A stretch of DNA of 64,000 bases from Paraspadella gotoi (GCA_051294375.1 CM119264.1:6671238-6735237), one strand, 5' to 3'; shown: positions 1 to 36,790, counted from the stretch's first letter. The notes: a model not told the origin generated them from the sequence alone. Numbers and translations are program-made.

Positions 1-218
1 AATGGTGCGGAATCTGCGGCGATTAACTTTGCACAATGACAAAGATAAGACGGAGTAGTGGTAGGCGGAGTGGCGGCTGTGAAAGTGGAACTATGGAAAA
101 CGGAGTGAAAGACTCACAGTGGGAGAAGGAGGAGTGAGGCCCCTTCGAGCGAGACGCAATGGTGGGCGATAATTTATCGCATGATTCGCTCCGACGAGAT
201 TCTCTTCGAACTTCCCAC

Positions 219-441
219 TGTCTCGACTCTCAAACATCTTGACTCGCTAGTTTCGCAGTCTCGAATCTCACGACGTGGGGACTCGATGTGTCTACTATCA
301 ACGTCTGATTGACACAATTCTCAATGTCAAGGCTCTGAGTCTCAGTCTCGACTCTCAATATCGCGACTTACGACTCATAGTCTCAACTCTCAACGCCGCG
401 ACTCGCGATTCTCATTGTCTCGACTCTCAACTCAACTCAAG
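219..441 (+). repeat. Degenerate minisatellite with core gtctcgactctcaa (~35-40 bp period)
   Basis: Core or variants recur at ~219, 258, 289, 345, 380, 417. Confidence 0.6.
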
Positions 442-644
442 AGTCTATTATTAACTCGAAACTCGTTTTTCAACTTTTAATTATTTCCCGGTGGAGATGA
501 TTCAATATTCATGCGTTCTGGGTGGGCAGGTTGTGAATTTAGAGCGGTCGTCTTGTGGAATGAATGATCGATCGATTGTTTGATTCAATGATTCATCGAT
601 TCTTATGATCATTTTTGATTATTTTTCCGTTCCAATAATTATTG

Positions 645-689
645 ACTTATTTGTTTATTTATTTTTTGTTTTATTTATGTATTGGTTTT

Positions 690-728
<39 letters not shown>

Positions 729-729
729 C

Positions 730-760
<31 letters not shown>

Positions 761-848
761 TATTATATATTAATTTTATTTTATATATATTTTAATTTAT
801 GTTAAATTTTAATAGTATTTTTATGTAATTAGTTATTTATTTATTTAT
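645..848. repeat. (TATT)n microsatellite
   Basis: Direct inspection. Confidence 0.9.
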
Positions 849-1244
849 TGCAAAACGTCACCCTTCGGCGATTTCAGACGATGGGTTTTACAAACACACT
901 CCACACTCCATTACTCCATTTACTCTTTACTCTCTCTCTCTCTCGTCTCCTCTCTCTTCTCTCTCTCTCTCTCTCTCTCTCCCTCTCTCTCTCTCTTTTT
1001 TCCCTTCCCTCCCATCCAGGCAACAGATCTTTGGACGAAAAGAAAAAAAGAATGAGAAAAGTGACCGCAAAAGGAGTCATGCTGGGTAGTGGGCCTTTGT
1101 AGTGCGAATAATCGAACTATTTTCAGTTTAAAGATTAAATTTCATTTTGTTAAATGCTCCATGGAAAACAACACTTCGTTCAATGATACGGACGAGGATT
1201 TGACACTTGAACGCTTCTACTGGTCAGTCACCGTTGGTCAACCA

Positions 1245-1347
<103 letters not shown>

Positions 1348-1578
1348 GGATGGGTGAGGTTCTTGAAACAATTTCTGTACACAGACAAGAAGAAGAATGA
1401 TGAGTGTTTTTCCCCACGAAGCGGGTCAACACTGATGATTCTCCAGGGATACAACAACTCGTGTTGTGGAAATCTTCCTCTCCGACTTAATGACCGAATT
1501 GATCCCCAGTTGTTTTATGTCTATTTTTTTTTTTAATTAGTTCCTGATTAATTAATCCCGCAAAAGAGAGAAGATCGC

Positions 1579-2809
1579 ATCTTTTAATCCATCAATCAGC
1601 GCTCAATTCATTTTACTTTCCTCCATCTTTTCATTCAGGCTTCACCTGCTCAACACCTTTTGTTCTTAACAATCTTTTTACGAATTAAATCCTCTTTTTC
1701 GATTATTCGTTCATCCCTTAATTAAACCCTCATGCAACCTTCACCTCCGTACTTTTTAAACTGTTTAACTTTATTTAATTTTTTCCCCAGAGTCAATCGC
1801 TGAGACTTTTCTCTGAACCACTGTAGTATCAGAAACTGTCTACGTCCTTCAACCACCACATTCATCTCTAACGCCATCTCTACCTGGATCTGTCCTCCGT
1901 CTATCACCAAAACCATCTCTTCCCCACCTCTCGCCTCCCTCTCCATCCCTTTCCATCGTCAACCCACCTCATCGTCTCACCGCTCCATTCTCTCCACCAT
2001 CTTTCCATCTCTCGAATCTTCATCTAATCGCCTCGATTTTTTTTCATTTCCTCCGCTGAAGACGCTCGACGTCGGATGTTTTGTCGTAACTGTTATTTTA
2101 ATGGTGCAGGTTATCGTCGGCGTCGTCCCCATTTTCTTCAACTTTATGATCCTCATTGTCCTAGTATTAGTCGGTCGTCGTCGTCGTCGTCGTCGTCGTC
2201 GTCCTCCGTCGTCGTCCTCGTCGTCGTCTGTAAAGTCCGCATCTGTTCGTCTGTTCTTTTCGTCGTCGTCAATTCCCGTCATTGTCTTCCTGGCCTTTGT
2301 GTTTGTCGTCGTCGTCATCGTTGTTGCAGTTGTCGTTGTCCTTCTACTTTGTCTTTGATGTTTTTTTTTTTTCGCCAAGTTTCTTTGTCATGTGTATTGG
2401 TCATCTTCTTGGCATCTCCTTCTTTTTTTTCGTCGTCAACAAAAACTTCGACAGGTTTCCTGGGTAAAATTTTTTTCACTTCTTTTGATTATCGTCGTTG
2501 TCATCGTCAAATTCGATTCCGCGTTTTGAATTTTTTTTTTTTGCCACGGTCGTCATCAGCTGTCCATCTCTCATCTCCTCCCTAATTTATTATTGTCATC
2601 GTCAACGTGTCGTCATCATCTTCATCGTCTATTTGAAGGTTTCCATGTTTTCAAGTTCTTAGCCTCATTTTCATTGTCGACGCAGGCAAGGAACGAACTC
2701 GACCTCCACCGACTTGAAGTGAAAGATGATGCTGGTCATGGCGCGACGCTTTCCATCGCCGATACGTCTCTCTCTCTCTCTCTCTGCTCTCTCTCTCTCT
2801 CTCTCATCA

Positions 2810-2865
<56 letters not shown>

Positions 2866-3274
2866 TGTTTGTTTTTTGTTTCTTTTTTTCTTCATTATTT
2901 TTCTCGCTCGCGTTTTTTTTTATTTCTTTCTTTCTTTCTCTATTTTTTTTTCTGTTTCTGTTTTCTTTTGTTGTTTGTTTGTCTGTTTTTTTTTTTCCTT
3001 TTATCAACAACCTNNNNNNNNNNNNNNNNNNNNNNNNNGTGGTTCAGAGAAAGTCTCAGCGATTGACTCGTGGGGAAAAAATTAAATAAAGTTAAACAGT
3101 TAAAAAGTACGGATGAAGTTCATGAGGGTTTAATTAAGGGATGAACGAATAATCGAAAAAGAGGATTTAATCGTAAAAAGATTGTTAAGAACAAAAGGTT
3201 GAGCGGTGATAGGCTGAATGAAAAGATGGAGGAAAGATAAATGATTGAGCGCTGATGATTGGGATTAAAAGATG
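1579..3274. repeat. Inverted repeat pair 1579-1821 / 3039-3274
   Basis: gagtcaatcgctgagacttttctctgaaccac vs gtggttcagagaaagtctcagcgattgactc; right arm starts exactly at a 25-N gap; differences mostly indels. Confidence 0.9.
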
Positions 3275-3835
3275 GTTCTGGAGCAAATAAGAGAGCGAAC
3301 AACCGCGCGGAGAAAAGGCGTCGGAAGAAAAAGGAAAAAGATAAAAGAAAAGAAAAGAAAGAGGAACTAGAAAAGTCAGTGGCTCGAGATGGAAAACAAA
3401 AGAACCCGGAGAAAAAAAAATGGCGAAATGGAGTTTGAAAAGAGGAAATGGAGAATTTGAAAAAAAAACTTTGAGATTTATAGAAAAAAAACTGGAAAAT
3501 TATTTAAGAATTAAGAGAAAAACTGTGATGATAATTAAAGTTAATTTAATTACATAAATTAAACCAAATAAAATACAATGACTCCGACGAAAAAGATCAC
3601 AGCAACGTGTCTTGCGTCCGACTGTGTGTGTGATTCCTGAATCCAAAAGTGTACGACCTCACTAACGACGGGTCACATTGCCCTCGTCGCCTGTAGGCCC
3701 TTCCCTCTTCCGTTGCACTTGAGTCGGCTTCGGTTGTCGGTCGGACTTTGTCGGTCGTTAGGCGAGGCTTTGTCGGCCAGTTGCGAAACCTCACCCAAAA
3801 CATTCCCGATGGATTTTGAAACGCGGGGAAGGTGA

Positions 3836-3970
<135 letters not shown>

Positions 3971-4530
3971 GAAAGAATCGTCTGACAAAAACAAAAGAAA
4001 GTAACTCAAATAAATAGTGAAAGAGAAAAAAAGGAAAGAATTAAAGGAAGAGTAGAAACAAAAAAGGAAAAATAAAGGAAAAAAAAAGAAACCTCCAGTT
4101 GCACCACGAAACGCCAACGCTCGTTCCACAAGAAATAGTCAGCAAATTTAGTGTTAAAGACCAAGCTACTTGGCTAATTGATTGAAAACCCAATGATTGA
4201 CCGTGAGAGGAGCACTGGATTTACTAGGAAAAACTATTTTTTAATCAACCATCCCGAGGAAACTTTAAAAAAATAAATAAATGGGCCAATAAATATCTTT
4301 TTTCACATTTTTCTGTCGCGGATACCCGATAATACACATCCCTGGTCATTAGCGAGCATATGTCGCTGCAAAATAAAAAAAGGTCCCACTATTACGAGCG
4401 GAGAATCGATAAGTATTCTAAATTCTATACGTCTACCATACATTTTTCACTTTTGTCATAAGAACAAAATATTAGGTAAAACTGTTAAAGAAAATGATCA
4501 GTATGATATATGAGGTTCTCCCTTTCTTTG

Positions 4531-4587
<57 letters not shown>

Positions 4588-4982
4588 CATCTCTCTCTCA
4601 CTACTCACATCATCACACCACCAACCTTTTTTTCTTTCCTTTTCTGCGACCTTAGAATTTTAAGCAACATTTGGTTATTGGAGAAAGTCATGGCTTTAGC
4701 ACTTTCTCTCTTCTCTCTCGTCTCTCTCCTCTCTCTCTCTCATCTCTCTCTTCTCAATCTCTCTCTCTCTCTCCCCCATCTAGCATAATGCCCCCAGCGA
4801 CGTTTCCGATAGGAACGATAGGAGGAAGACGCAGGTTTTAGGCGGCACAATATCGTGAGAGTGAGAGAGATCGAGTGAGAAAGAGAGAGAGACAGAGAAA
4901 GCGAAGGAGAGAGCGACTCCCTCTCCCAAAGACGCGGAAACAATGTGAGAGGAATATGAAATGAGAACGATAAAAATCACGT

Positions 4983-5016
<34 letters not shown>

Positions 5017-5056
5017 CACAGAGAGAGAGAGAGAGCATCGTGTTTCTCGTACTCAC

Positions 5057-29839
<24,783 letters not shown>

Positions 29840-30640
29840 CTTTGGGGGAATTTTTTTTCGGTTGTTTTTGTCGTTCTTTTTTTTTTTACTTTTAATCCGG
29901 GCTGAAAGTAAGAGAATATAGCGAGATGGCGGAAAGGAACTTATCGCAAAAATTAGAGAAGTTATATTTCATCGACGAAATTTATCCAAACATTTCTGAT
30001 AACTTTTTTTTTAGCTTTTTCTCGTAAGTTCGAAAATTTTTACTTTTTATGTCTTTTTTGTCGATTATTCGGGAATATGATGCCAACTCAGAAGAAAGTA
30101 TTTTAGTTTCCTTCATTCAATTTTTTTTTAACCTAAAAAACTGTCTTTATTAATTAAAATATGGAAAAAATTACGAAAAAGGTACTTACTAAAAGGATGA
30201 CCTTTTCAATCGATATTATTTCATCTTCTTTCTTTTCTTATCCACTTCAAACATTCGTATATCTTATACTGTCTTTACCTTAAGTCTCTCTCTCTCTCTA
30301 TCCCACTGGCTTGTTTGGTTGGCCCTATAAATCAGGGAAGCAGAGTCGCCTCAAGAGGATCTACGGATTGGCGCTGAGAATTTGAACCCCTTGAACCGAA
30401 ACCTGGCTGCGTGCGGAACGAAACAAACAAAACAAAAACAGAAAATAAACGAGGGAATAAAAGGAAACGAGTGAGAGAGAGAGAGAGGTTTTAAAAAACG
30501 GGCGGGTTTGAGGGGGCGGTGAAGGGGATAGCAGATCGTCAATAAAAAAAAAAGGTGCGAAAGATTTTAAGCCATAAAAACGCGTCTGTTGGCTTTGGCC
30601 CAAGACTCGTGTGCAAATTCGATGCTATGCTGGACTATAA

Positions 30641-30757
30641 TCCAGCGGCCATTGGTGCAGGGGGCAATTCAATCGCCTACAAACCCAACGGTGGTCGCCT
30701 CGCAGTTAAGAGGGACGGGGCTCTTAACCCGCAACAATTATTACTGTCGCTTCAATG
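30641..30757 (+). mobile_element. Internally deleted, diverged copy of the same SINE
   Basis: cagcggccattggtgcagggggcaa...cggtggtcgc...gcagttaagagggacggggc.cttaacccgc...aacaattattactgtcgcttcaat matches head, middle and tail of the full copies. Confidence 0.65.
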
Positions 30758-31715
30758 CGTTTAATTTAAACCTAAGTGAAATCAGTTGCATTTTATAGGC
30801 TTGTATAATATATGTATGTATGACTTGTATGTGTAAAGTTTATTTAGTATAAGGCGTCTTTTCCTTAAAAAAAATAATATAATTTTACGGGAAAAAAAAG
30901 CCTGTTTTTCAACATTTTCATCAAACATCGCTGAAATTAATTCCATTTGATTGAGGTTTAAAGAAGTCGCTCAAAATCCGAAAATTTGTCTAACAGGCAA
31001 CCAAACTAACAATCATATGATAATAATGTTCACATAATTGTCTCAGATTCTTCGACCTCCGATCTCGGAAGCGCCGACGCGACGCGATCCATAAGATTTT
31101 CTCCAAGTCTAAAAAAAGGAACCACAAACAATTTTTCCTGTTTGTTTGGAACGCTTTACTTCTAAGCCGTTGAACCCCCCGACGAGTGGAAGGCCACAAA
31201 AGCCAAGAAGGAGTTGACGCGAGGCGCCGCCTTCCGCGCCTCATTTCAGACTGAAATATGAGGTTGACGCGACGAACGACGTGAGGCGGCCGTGGAAGCC
31301 GGCCCGCCACCGAGCCCGTCCAGAGACTTCGCGTCATCAATTATGCGTCATCACTTATCCTAATGAACTTCGGCGTTTTTGCGCTTTCGCGCAACTAAAT
31401 GCGTTAGCCGTTAAAAAAAAAAGAGAAATCCAAGTTGAGCTTGCTTTAAAACGCGTTAGTTGAGACTCTCAATGAGAGCATTAGGAATTTTTAAAATGTT
31501 CTTGACGGAAGAAAAATAAAAATTAGGTCCAGTAATACCATTAATAACGTCATCAGTAGTCGGGATAGATTCGGGTGTGTAAAAAGCGTTGTCAAGACCT
31601 TTGTGGACAAAAGTTTTGAGTCCAAACAAGCATTTCGAAATTATATAAAAAGATAACAAATAAATAAGGGCACGAAATCAAGAAGCAAAGTAGAGAAAAA
31701 CGTGACGAAAGGAGA

Positions 31716-31816
<101 letters not shown>

Positions 31817-31829
31817 ACTCTTTCAAAGA

Positions 31830-31935
31830 GTGAAAAGCGCGCGGGACGTGAGAGGAAGCGCGTTAGGGCGCGCAGGAACCGGAAACCGCGGCGTCGCAAA
31901 ATCGCGCGCTCGCGTCGCGACGCACGAGAATTTCG
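31830..31935. promoter_or_regulatory. CpG-dense island next to (GA)n, ~2 kb upstream of the Ig gene start; possible promoter/enhancer
   Basis: gcgcgcgggacgtg...ccggaaaccgcggcgtcgc...tcgcgcgctcgcgtcgcgacgc with an ETS-like CCGGAA; position only. Confidence 0.3.
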
Positions 31936-32032
31936 TCAGAAATTTTTTTTTTTTTTGAGGGGTGTGAAAGGAATGAGCGGAGACGAAATGGAAAAAAACG
32001 GAAATAAATGATAGAGATAAAAATTAAGAATG

Positions 32033-32269
32033 GTATGGTGGACTAAAATCCACCAACCGTTCATCAGCGACCATTGGTGCCGGAGGCAAGTCATTCGCCT
32101 CCCAACCCAAAGGTCCGGGGTTCTAGACCGGTGGTCGACTGGCAGTTAAAAGGGACGGGGCGCTTAACCCGCCTGTAACATGGTGTTACAGCCTGATCCG
32201 AAGCGCAGGGACTGCTTATATTGAATGGTTCTGTCACTAATACATAACAATAATTACTGTCTCTTCAAT
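32033..32269 (+). mobile_element. tRNA-derived SINE, copy 1
   Basis: tRNA-like head GCGACCA-TTGGTGCCGGAGG (A box)...CTCCCAA...CCGGGGTTCTAGACCGG (B box/T arm)-TGGTCG, then unique body and A-rich tail; near-identical to 37030-37259. Confidence 0.7.
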
Positions 32270-32502
32270 GGGAATAATGAAGATAGTGAAGAAATAAAAG
32301 TATAATGGAGAAAGGAGGAACAAAAAAATTGACAGCAGGGAAAATGAAAATGAAGGAAACTAAGATCCGGTATGAAAAAAAAACCAAATTATGTTAAGAT
32401 AATCTATATGTATATTTATATTGTATTTAGATTTTCTTTTCGTTGCGTAGATGAAGAGAAAACAATTTTTTATTTGTTACAAACAACGATTTTTTTACAA
32501 TA

Positions 32503-32550
32503 AAAACGGACATGTTTCGACTCTGTTTTTCGAGTCTTCATCAGCGCTTT
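32503..32550 (-). ncRNA. Minimal type-I hammerhead ribozyme (Penelope/retrozyme type), apparently intact
   Basis: Minus strand reads AAAGCG-CUGAUGA-A-GACUC(gaaaaaca)GAGUC-GAAA-CAUGUC^CGUUUU: stem I AAAGCG/CGUUUU, core CUGANGA...GAAA...UC, palindromic ACAUGU stem III. Confidence 0.75.
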
Positions 32551-32647
32551 GTTTTCTCTTAATGTTTATTTTCATAATTGAGTAACGAGTGCAGAAATAA
32601 GTAACAAGTTTGAGCGAACAATGTCGGATCTGCCCACGATCATTATC

Positions 32648-32860
32648 GGTAATTAATTAATTAATAATTCAAGTTAATTAATTATTTAATTAATTAATAA
32701 TTTTATTTATTCAAGTTAATTATTTAATTAATTCGGCAATTAATTAATAAATTTGATCCGAAATGTTTGCTTTGATTGATTAATTGACTGATTAATTAAT
32801 TATTGATTAATTAATTGATTAATTGATTAATTAACTGATTAATTATTTGATTAATTAATA
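32648..32860. repeat. AT-rich (TTAA/TTGA)n low-complexity tract
   Basis: Runs of ttaattaattgattaattaa. Confidence 0.8.
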
Positions 32861-32929
32861 CATCTTGTATTTGCATTTAAAATAAAAGAAAAAGAAGCAT
32901 AATCAATTAGTGAAACAGGTTCTTTGTTT

Positions 32930-33356
32930 TTTACATTTAAACTCATTTCCACTCAAACGATTCCATCGAAACTTGATTTCCATTTTAATCACACATCTTT
33001 CTACCCAAATACAAAATTTCAGGTCAATCGCCCTATCCACTCATGAGTAATTAGTGTTCAAATAGTGAAATATAGTTTTTTTGTTTTTTCCATTTAAACT
33101 GATTTCCACTCGACGAAACTTCATATCAGCTCAATCACAAACTTCCCTACCCAAACACAAAATTTCATTCCAATCCATCCATCCAATCACGAGTAATTGG
33201 TGTTTTTTGCTAAGGTGGGACGGACGGACATTATTTTTTTTTTGCATAATTTATCATAATTCGATGTTCTGACATGATATAAGTGACCGACGGACCGACA
33301 AAGTGAATTATAGACTATAGAGTCGGGATCTGCTGAAAGCAGATCCGACTAAAAAT
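32930..33356 (+). mobile_element. Helentron/HINE (DINE-1-like) non-autonomous element
   Basis: Two diverged ~120-bp core repeats spaced ~160 bp apart (..caaaatttca...caatc...atcc...gagtaatt.gtgtt), GACG/GACC microsatellite, aaagtgaattatag, terminal hairpin agtcgg(g)atctgct-gaa-agcagatccgact followed by aaaaa. Confidence 0.55.
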
Positions 33357-34196
33357 TATTTATAAATTCGATAAAATAGCTATTTTGAGTCCACTTTAAA
33401 CAGAGTATGGTGGGCTGAGGTCTCAATCTCTTTTACCAGATGATGACATATCAAAGAATAATTCAAATTTAAATTCAAATAATACTATCTTACTGTGACA
33501 GTATATTATAATATAATATTTTTTTATCAATGAATGTTAGAATGTTTTTGAACGGATTCAATAGGATTAGATTGGATGGATTTATATTAATTTTATATAG
33601 TATATACGGAGTCGCCGAGACACAAGAACTTCTGGGTCTTCTGCCTTTTGTTTCCTTATAAATTCACGGAGATTGTTTTTTTCTGCCATCTGCTGCGTCA
33701 AGGTGAAATTACGCATAATTAATGTTGTAAAATTTCAAAAATACATATATACCTGTATATTACTAGTCAATATACAAATAAATATCAGATACGTGATATC
33801 TAATTAACAAACTTTTAAAAATGTTTGCAGTCTTCCTTGGAATTTACAGGAATTTGATTTGAAACGTCAAGAAACCGACATCAAGCTTCTGAACGTTTGT
33901 TTTGGTTGGGGTAAGCAAACTTAGCATTATCTTTATTAAGTTTCATAACATATAAGCATTATAAGCAGCAGTTATTTTCATCATTCATTTTTACAAACCC
34001 AGTCTTAATTTTAAATTTATAATTTTATAGCTAGTTTTCCTAACTTTTTATCAAGACGGTAGTACCGTCGGTACATGGAAATTATGTCCTCTTTTTCTTT
34101 TTCATTTTAGGTTCTCTAAAAATTTTACTCACTCGTATATTGGCACTGACGTAGGTTACTTATCTTTGAAGTACTTTAATTTGATATTGTTTCATT

Positions 34197-35351
34197 ATGA
34201 ATAAAAATAAAAAACCAACTAAAAACGAAACCGATGAAAACAACATTATTTATGAACCCGGAGATTTTTTTCAAACATTTTGTTATTTATGGCTCACAGT
34301 AAACATATTTATTATTTTGTGCGCGATGGGTTTTTTAATATTTGGAATCTATTTTTTGGTATATGGATTAAGTTTAGACCAGATCTTTCGCGAAAAAAGC
34401 ATTGTGGTTAAGGATTTTGATAATGGCCTTAAGGGTAGCATGAACAAACAAAAAAATGCACTAACCTTGATAATACAAATTCCGTTTTTTATTTTAATTG
34501 GCTTTTGTGTTATTATTATTGTCAGTAGTATATTTGGTATTGTTGTTTATAAGACATTAAAAAAAAGGCAAAAAAAAGTAATTAATAGTTACCTAGCATT
34601 TATATTCATTACAATTATACTTCTCATATTCCCTTCTGTAATGCTTTGCTCCCCTGGAATTATTACAAACCTTTTTAAAGATGAAATGTTTCAAATATTT
34701 ATTGGTGATAAAGGAAAGCAGTTTAACGCGTTGTCTATGGCGGTTTTACAGAGTAATATGATTTGTTGTGGTGTAAACGGAGCTGAGGATTATTTTTGCA
34801 CTAACATATACGATTATGAATGCAATCGTGGATGTACTCTTCCAGTTAAACAATGGAAAACTATGGCAAAAAAAGTTGAAAAAACCTTGAATGTACCTGT
34901 ATGTCCAAAATCAAATCGAAAACCTATAAATGCTAGCAAAACTGCGATGTGCAGAAAACCTATTTCAGAAGCTGGTGATAAGCGTTATCTTGTTCTTGAT
35001 GACAGCAGCCCACAGAAAGCTATAGATTCCATGTTTATTAATCGAGGAGGTTGTGCTACAGTTTTACTGAATAAAGCGTCTTTAACTAATAGAATGATGA
35101 ATTTATGTATCGTTTTTATAGTTTTAATTATCGTCCACATCTTTTGTTTTGCTATGGCGGTATGGGCAAAAAGAACTTTTCAGATAGTATTACAAACTGA
35201 TCAAGGTTCTTACATTACAAATCCGTCTTATGGTACTACCGATAAATCCATGTCATCACTATGGAAGGGCCACATTACTGATTCAGATGCCTATTATACT
35301 GGGGAAATACATGATCTTCCAGATAACTTCTTTGTAGGGGTAAAAAGATAA
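34197..35351 (+). CDS. Divergent tetraspanin, intronless CDS (384 aa)
   Basis: Single ORF with four hydrophobic segments in 3+1 tetraspanin spacing, large extracellular loop with CCG motif (MICCGVNGAEDY) and GC before TM4 (RGGCATVL), 8 Cys in the loop. Confidence 0.88.
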   Translation: MNKNKKPTKNETDENNIIYEPGDFFQTFCYLWLTVNIFIILCAMGFLIFGIYFLVYGLSLDQIFREKSIVVKDFDNGLKGSMNKQKNALTLIIQIPFFILIGFCVIIIVSSIFGIVVYKTLKKRQKKVINSYLAFIFITIILLIFPSVMLCSPGIITNLFKDEMFQIFIGDKGKQFNALSMAVLQSNMICCGVNGAEDYFCTNIYDYECNRGCTLPVKQWKTMAKKVEKTLNVPVCPKSNRKPINASKTAMCRKPISEAGDKRYLVLDDSSPQKAIDSMFINRGGCATVLLNKASLTNRMMNLCIVFIVLIIVHIFCFAMAVWAKRTFQIVLQTDQGSYITNPSYGTTDKSMSSLWKGHITDSDAYYTGEIHDLPDNFFVGVKR

Positions 35352-35409
35352 ATATTAGATATTCGTTGCAACTGCGCATTTCTTATTGAAAATTTAAAAA
35401 TATTATAAA

Positions 35410-35446
35410 TTGAGCAAAGGCTTACATTAAAGCCGAAACATGTCTT
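35410..35446 (+). ncRNA. Degenerate hammerhead motif copy
   Basis: ttgagca-a-aGGCTT(acatta)AAGCC-GAAA-CATGTC; same stem II as the 10.3-kb copy, CUGAUGA core mutated. Confidence 0.45.
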
Positions 35447-35590
35447 TTTTGTATATTTTTTTAAATTTTTTTGTTTGAAAATGTTAATAATTTTTTTTCT
35501 TTAAATAATTTAAATTATCATATACTTAAGCTGAAAATTAATTTTAAACTTAATATATTAAATTTAATTTACCATAATGATAACCTTAAC

Positions 35591-35805
35591 TTATTTTTAA
35601 CTATAATATAATCATTAATTGTAAAGTCCAGACAATCATCTACAATAATACATTTACAATAATAATAATAATAATAATAATAATGAAAATAATAACAATA
35701 ACAAGTATTAAAAAATTATGATATCTGAATTCCTTTAATTTGTTTATTTATTTTTAACTATAATATAATCATTAATTGTAAAGTCCGTACGATCATCTAC
35801 AATAA
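35591..35805 (+). repeat. ~58-bp direct repeat (35591-35649 / ~35747-35805) around an (AAT)n run
   Basis: ttatttttaactataatataatcattaattgtaaagtcc...atcatctacaataa twice. Confidence 0.8.
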
Positions 35806-36395
35806 ATAAATTTATTAAGAAAAACATTGCTCTTCATTTTCCCATTAACCTCTAGAACGTATCAATCTCCAGAATGACAAATTAGCTACTAATTTTAATA
35901 GGAATCCAGTTTTTTATTCATTCAAAGTACGTTAGAAAAAAGGATCTACAAGCCCTAAATTTGAAGATATTGTCTAATAACTGGCATCCAAACCCTCAGT
36001 CTTCTGTTTATTTTTTACCATAGTCATAGAGGGAGCTGATGAAGATCAAGCCCAAATATGAGAACCGGAATCCCCAAAGAAGTTTTTTTTTTGTTTTTGC
36101 GCATGCGTATTCATTTTAAGTAGAGAAAAATGTTCTAAATCTGAAAATTATTTGTTGCATTTCCTTTTTTTTCTCGAAATCGAAAAGCTAAGACGACAAT
36201 TTAATATGTTCGTAAAAACGTTCCTTCATCCCATCAGAAAAAATAATCTTAAAATTAAATTTTTAGATGTAAAATCGTTAATACTGAAGACGTGCATTAG
36301 TCCACTGAGCCACTGAGGCGCTGCGATGGAAACAGCTTTAATCTATCTGTGATGATAGGACCACCACCAGAATACTTCCTTTTCATTCTTCCGGT

Positions 36396-36490
36396 TTATG
36401 AAATTAGTACAACCAATATAAAAATTATCCATTCATTTAATAAATGAGCTATCTTGCTCCTGATTTTGGACAGGCTTTGTTGGTTTAAGG
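36396..36490 (+). repeat. Dispersed repeat family (copies at 27276-27332+27588-27628, 36396-36490, ~37555-37605, ~49788-49835)
   Basis: Shared tacaaccaatataaaaattatccattcatttaataaat.agctatcttg...tttggacaggctttg. Confidence 0.7.
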
Positions 36491-36746
36491 TTGAAGGTTA
36501 ATGTTGAGATTTTTTTTCTCCATAGGGCCCAAGCGGTAAAATTTTACTCGATTTTTCATTATAACTTGAAAAATATTTAGTGTTTTTATTTTTTTTTTTT
36601 TATAATAACGATACTTTTAGAGAGAACGTTATGCCAAAAAGTGCCCCTTTAAATGTATAAATTAAAATAAAAAAAAATAAATTAAAAAAAACTAGTTTTG
36701 AATTGTTTTGGCAACGGCAAAATGATTTTATTTTTACCAAAAAAAA

Positions 36747-36790
36747 ATGCGCTGAACGATAGTCGAAACATGTCCGTGTTTTTATTGTAA
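36747..36790 (+). ncRNA. Degenerate hammerhead motif copy
   Basis: atgcg-CTGAacga-tagtc-GAAA-CATGTC-cgtgtttttattgtaa; stem II partly deleted, flanks match the 32.5-kb copy. Confidence 0.45.

Noticed and set aside
219-441. CRISPR-like repeat-spacer array
   Set aside because: Units are short, degenerate and irregular, the spacers resemble each other, the context is eukaryotic and there are no cas genes.
2671-2768. Possible downstream exon RIGDGKRRAMTSIIFHFKSVEVEFVPCLRRQ* (minus)
   Set aside because: Coding-like composition but preceded by a purine (GA)n run rather than a polypyrimidine tract, and lies in a noisy region; cannot be linked.
1579-3274. Inverted repeat pair as TIRs of a DNA transposon
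   Set aside because: One arm starts exactly at a 25-N gap, differences are indels, no TSD or transposase; likely gap-fill artefact.
32067-32140. tRNA-Gly(CCC) gene (also ~37057-37130)
   Set aside because: Anticodon and D stems do not pair and it is fused to a repeated non-tRNA body; treated as a SINE head.
36034-36062. agCTGATGAagatcaagcccaaatatg as a fifth hammerhead
   Set aside because: No GAAA and no pairing stem II; at most a remnant.
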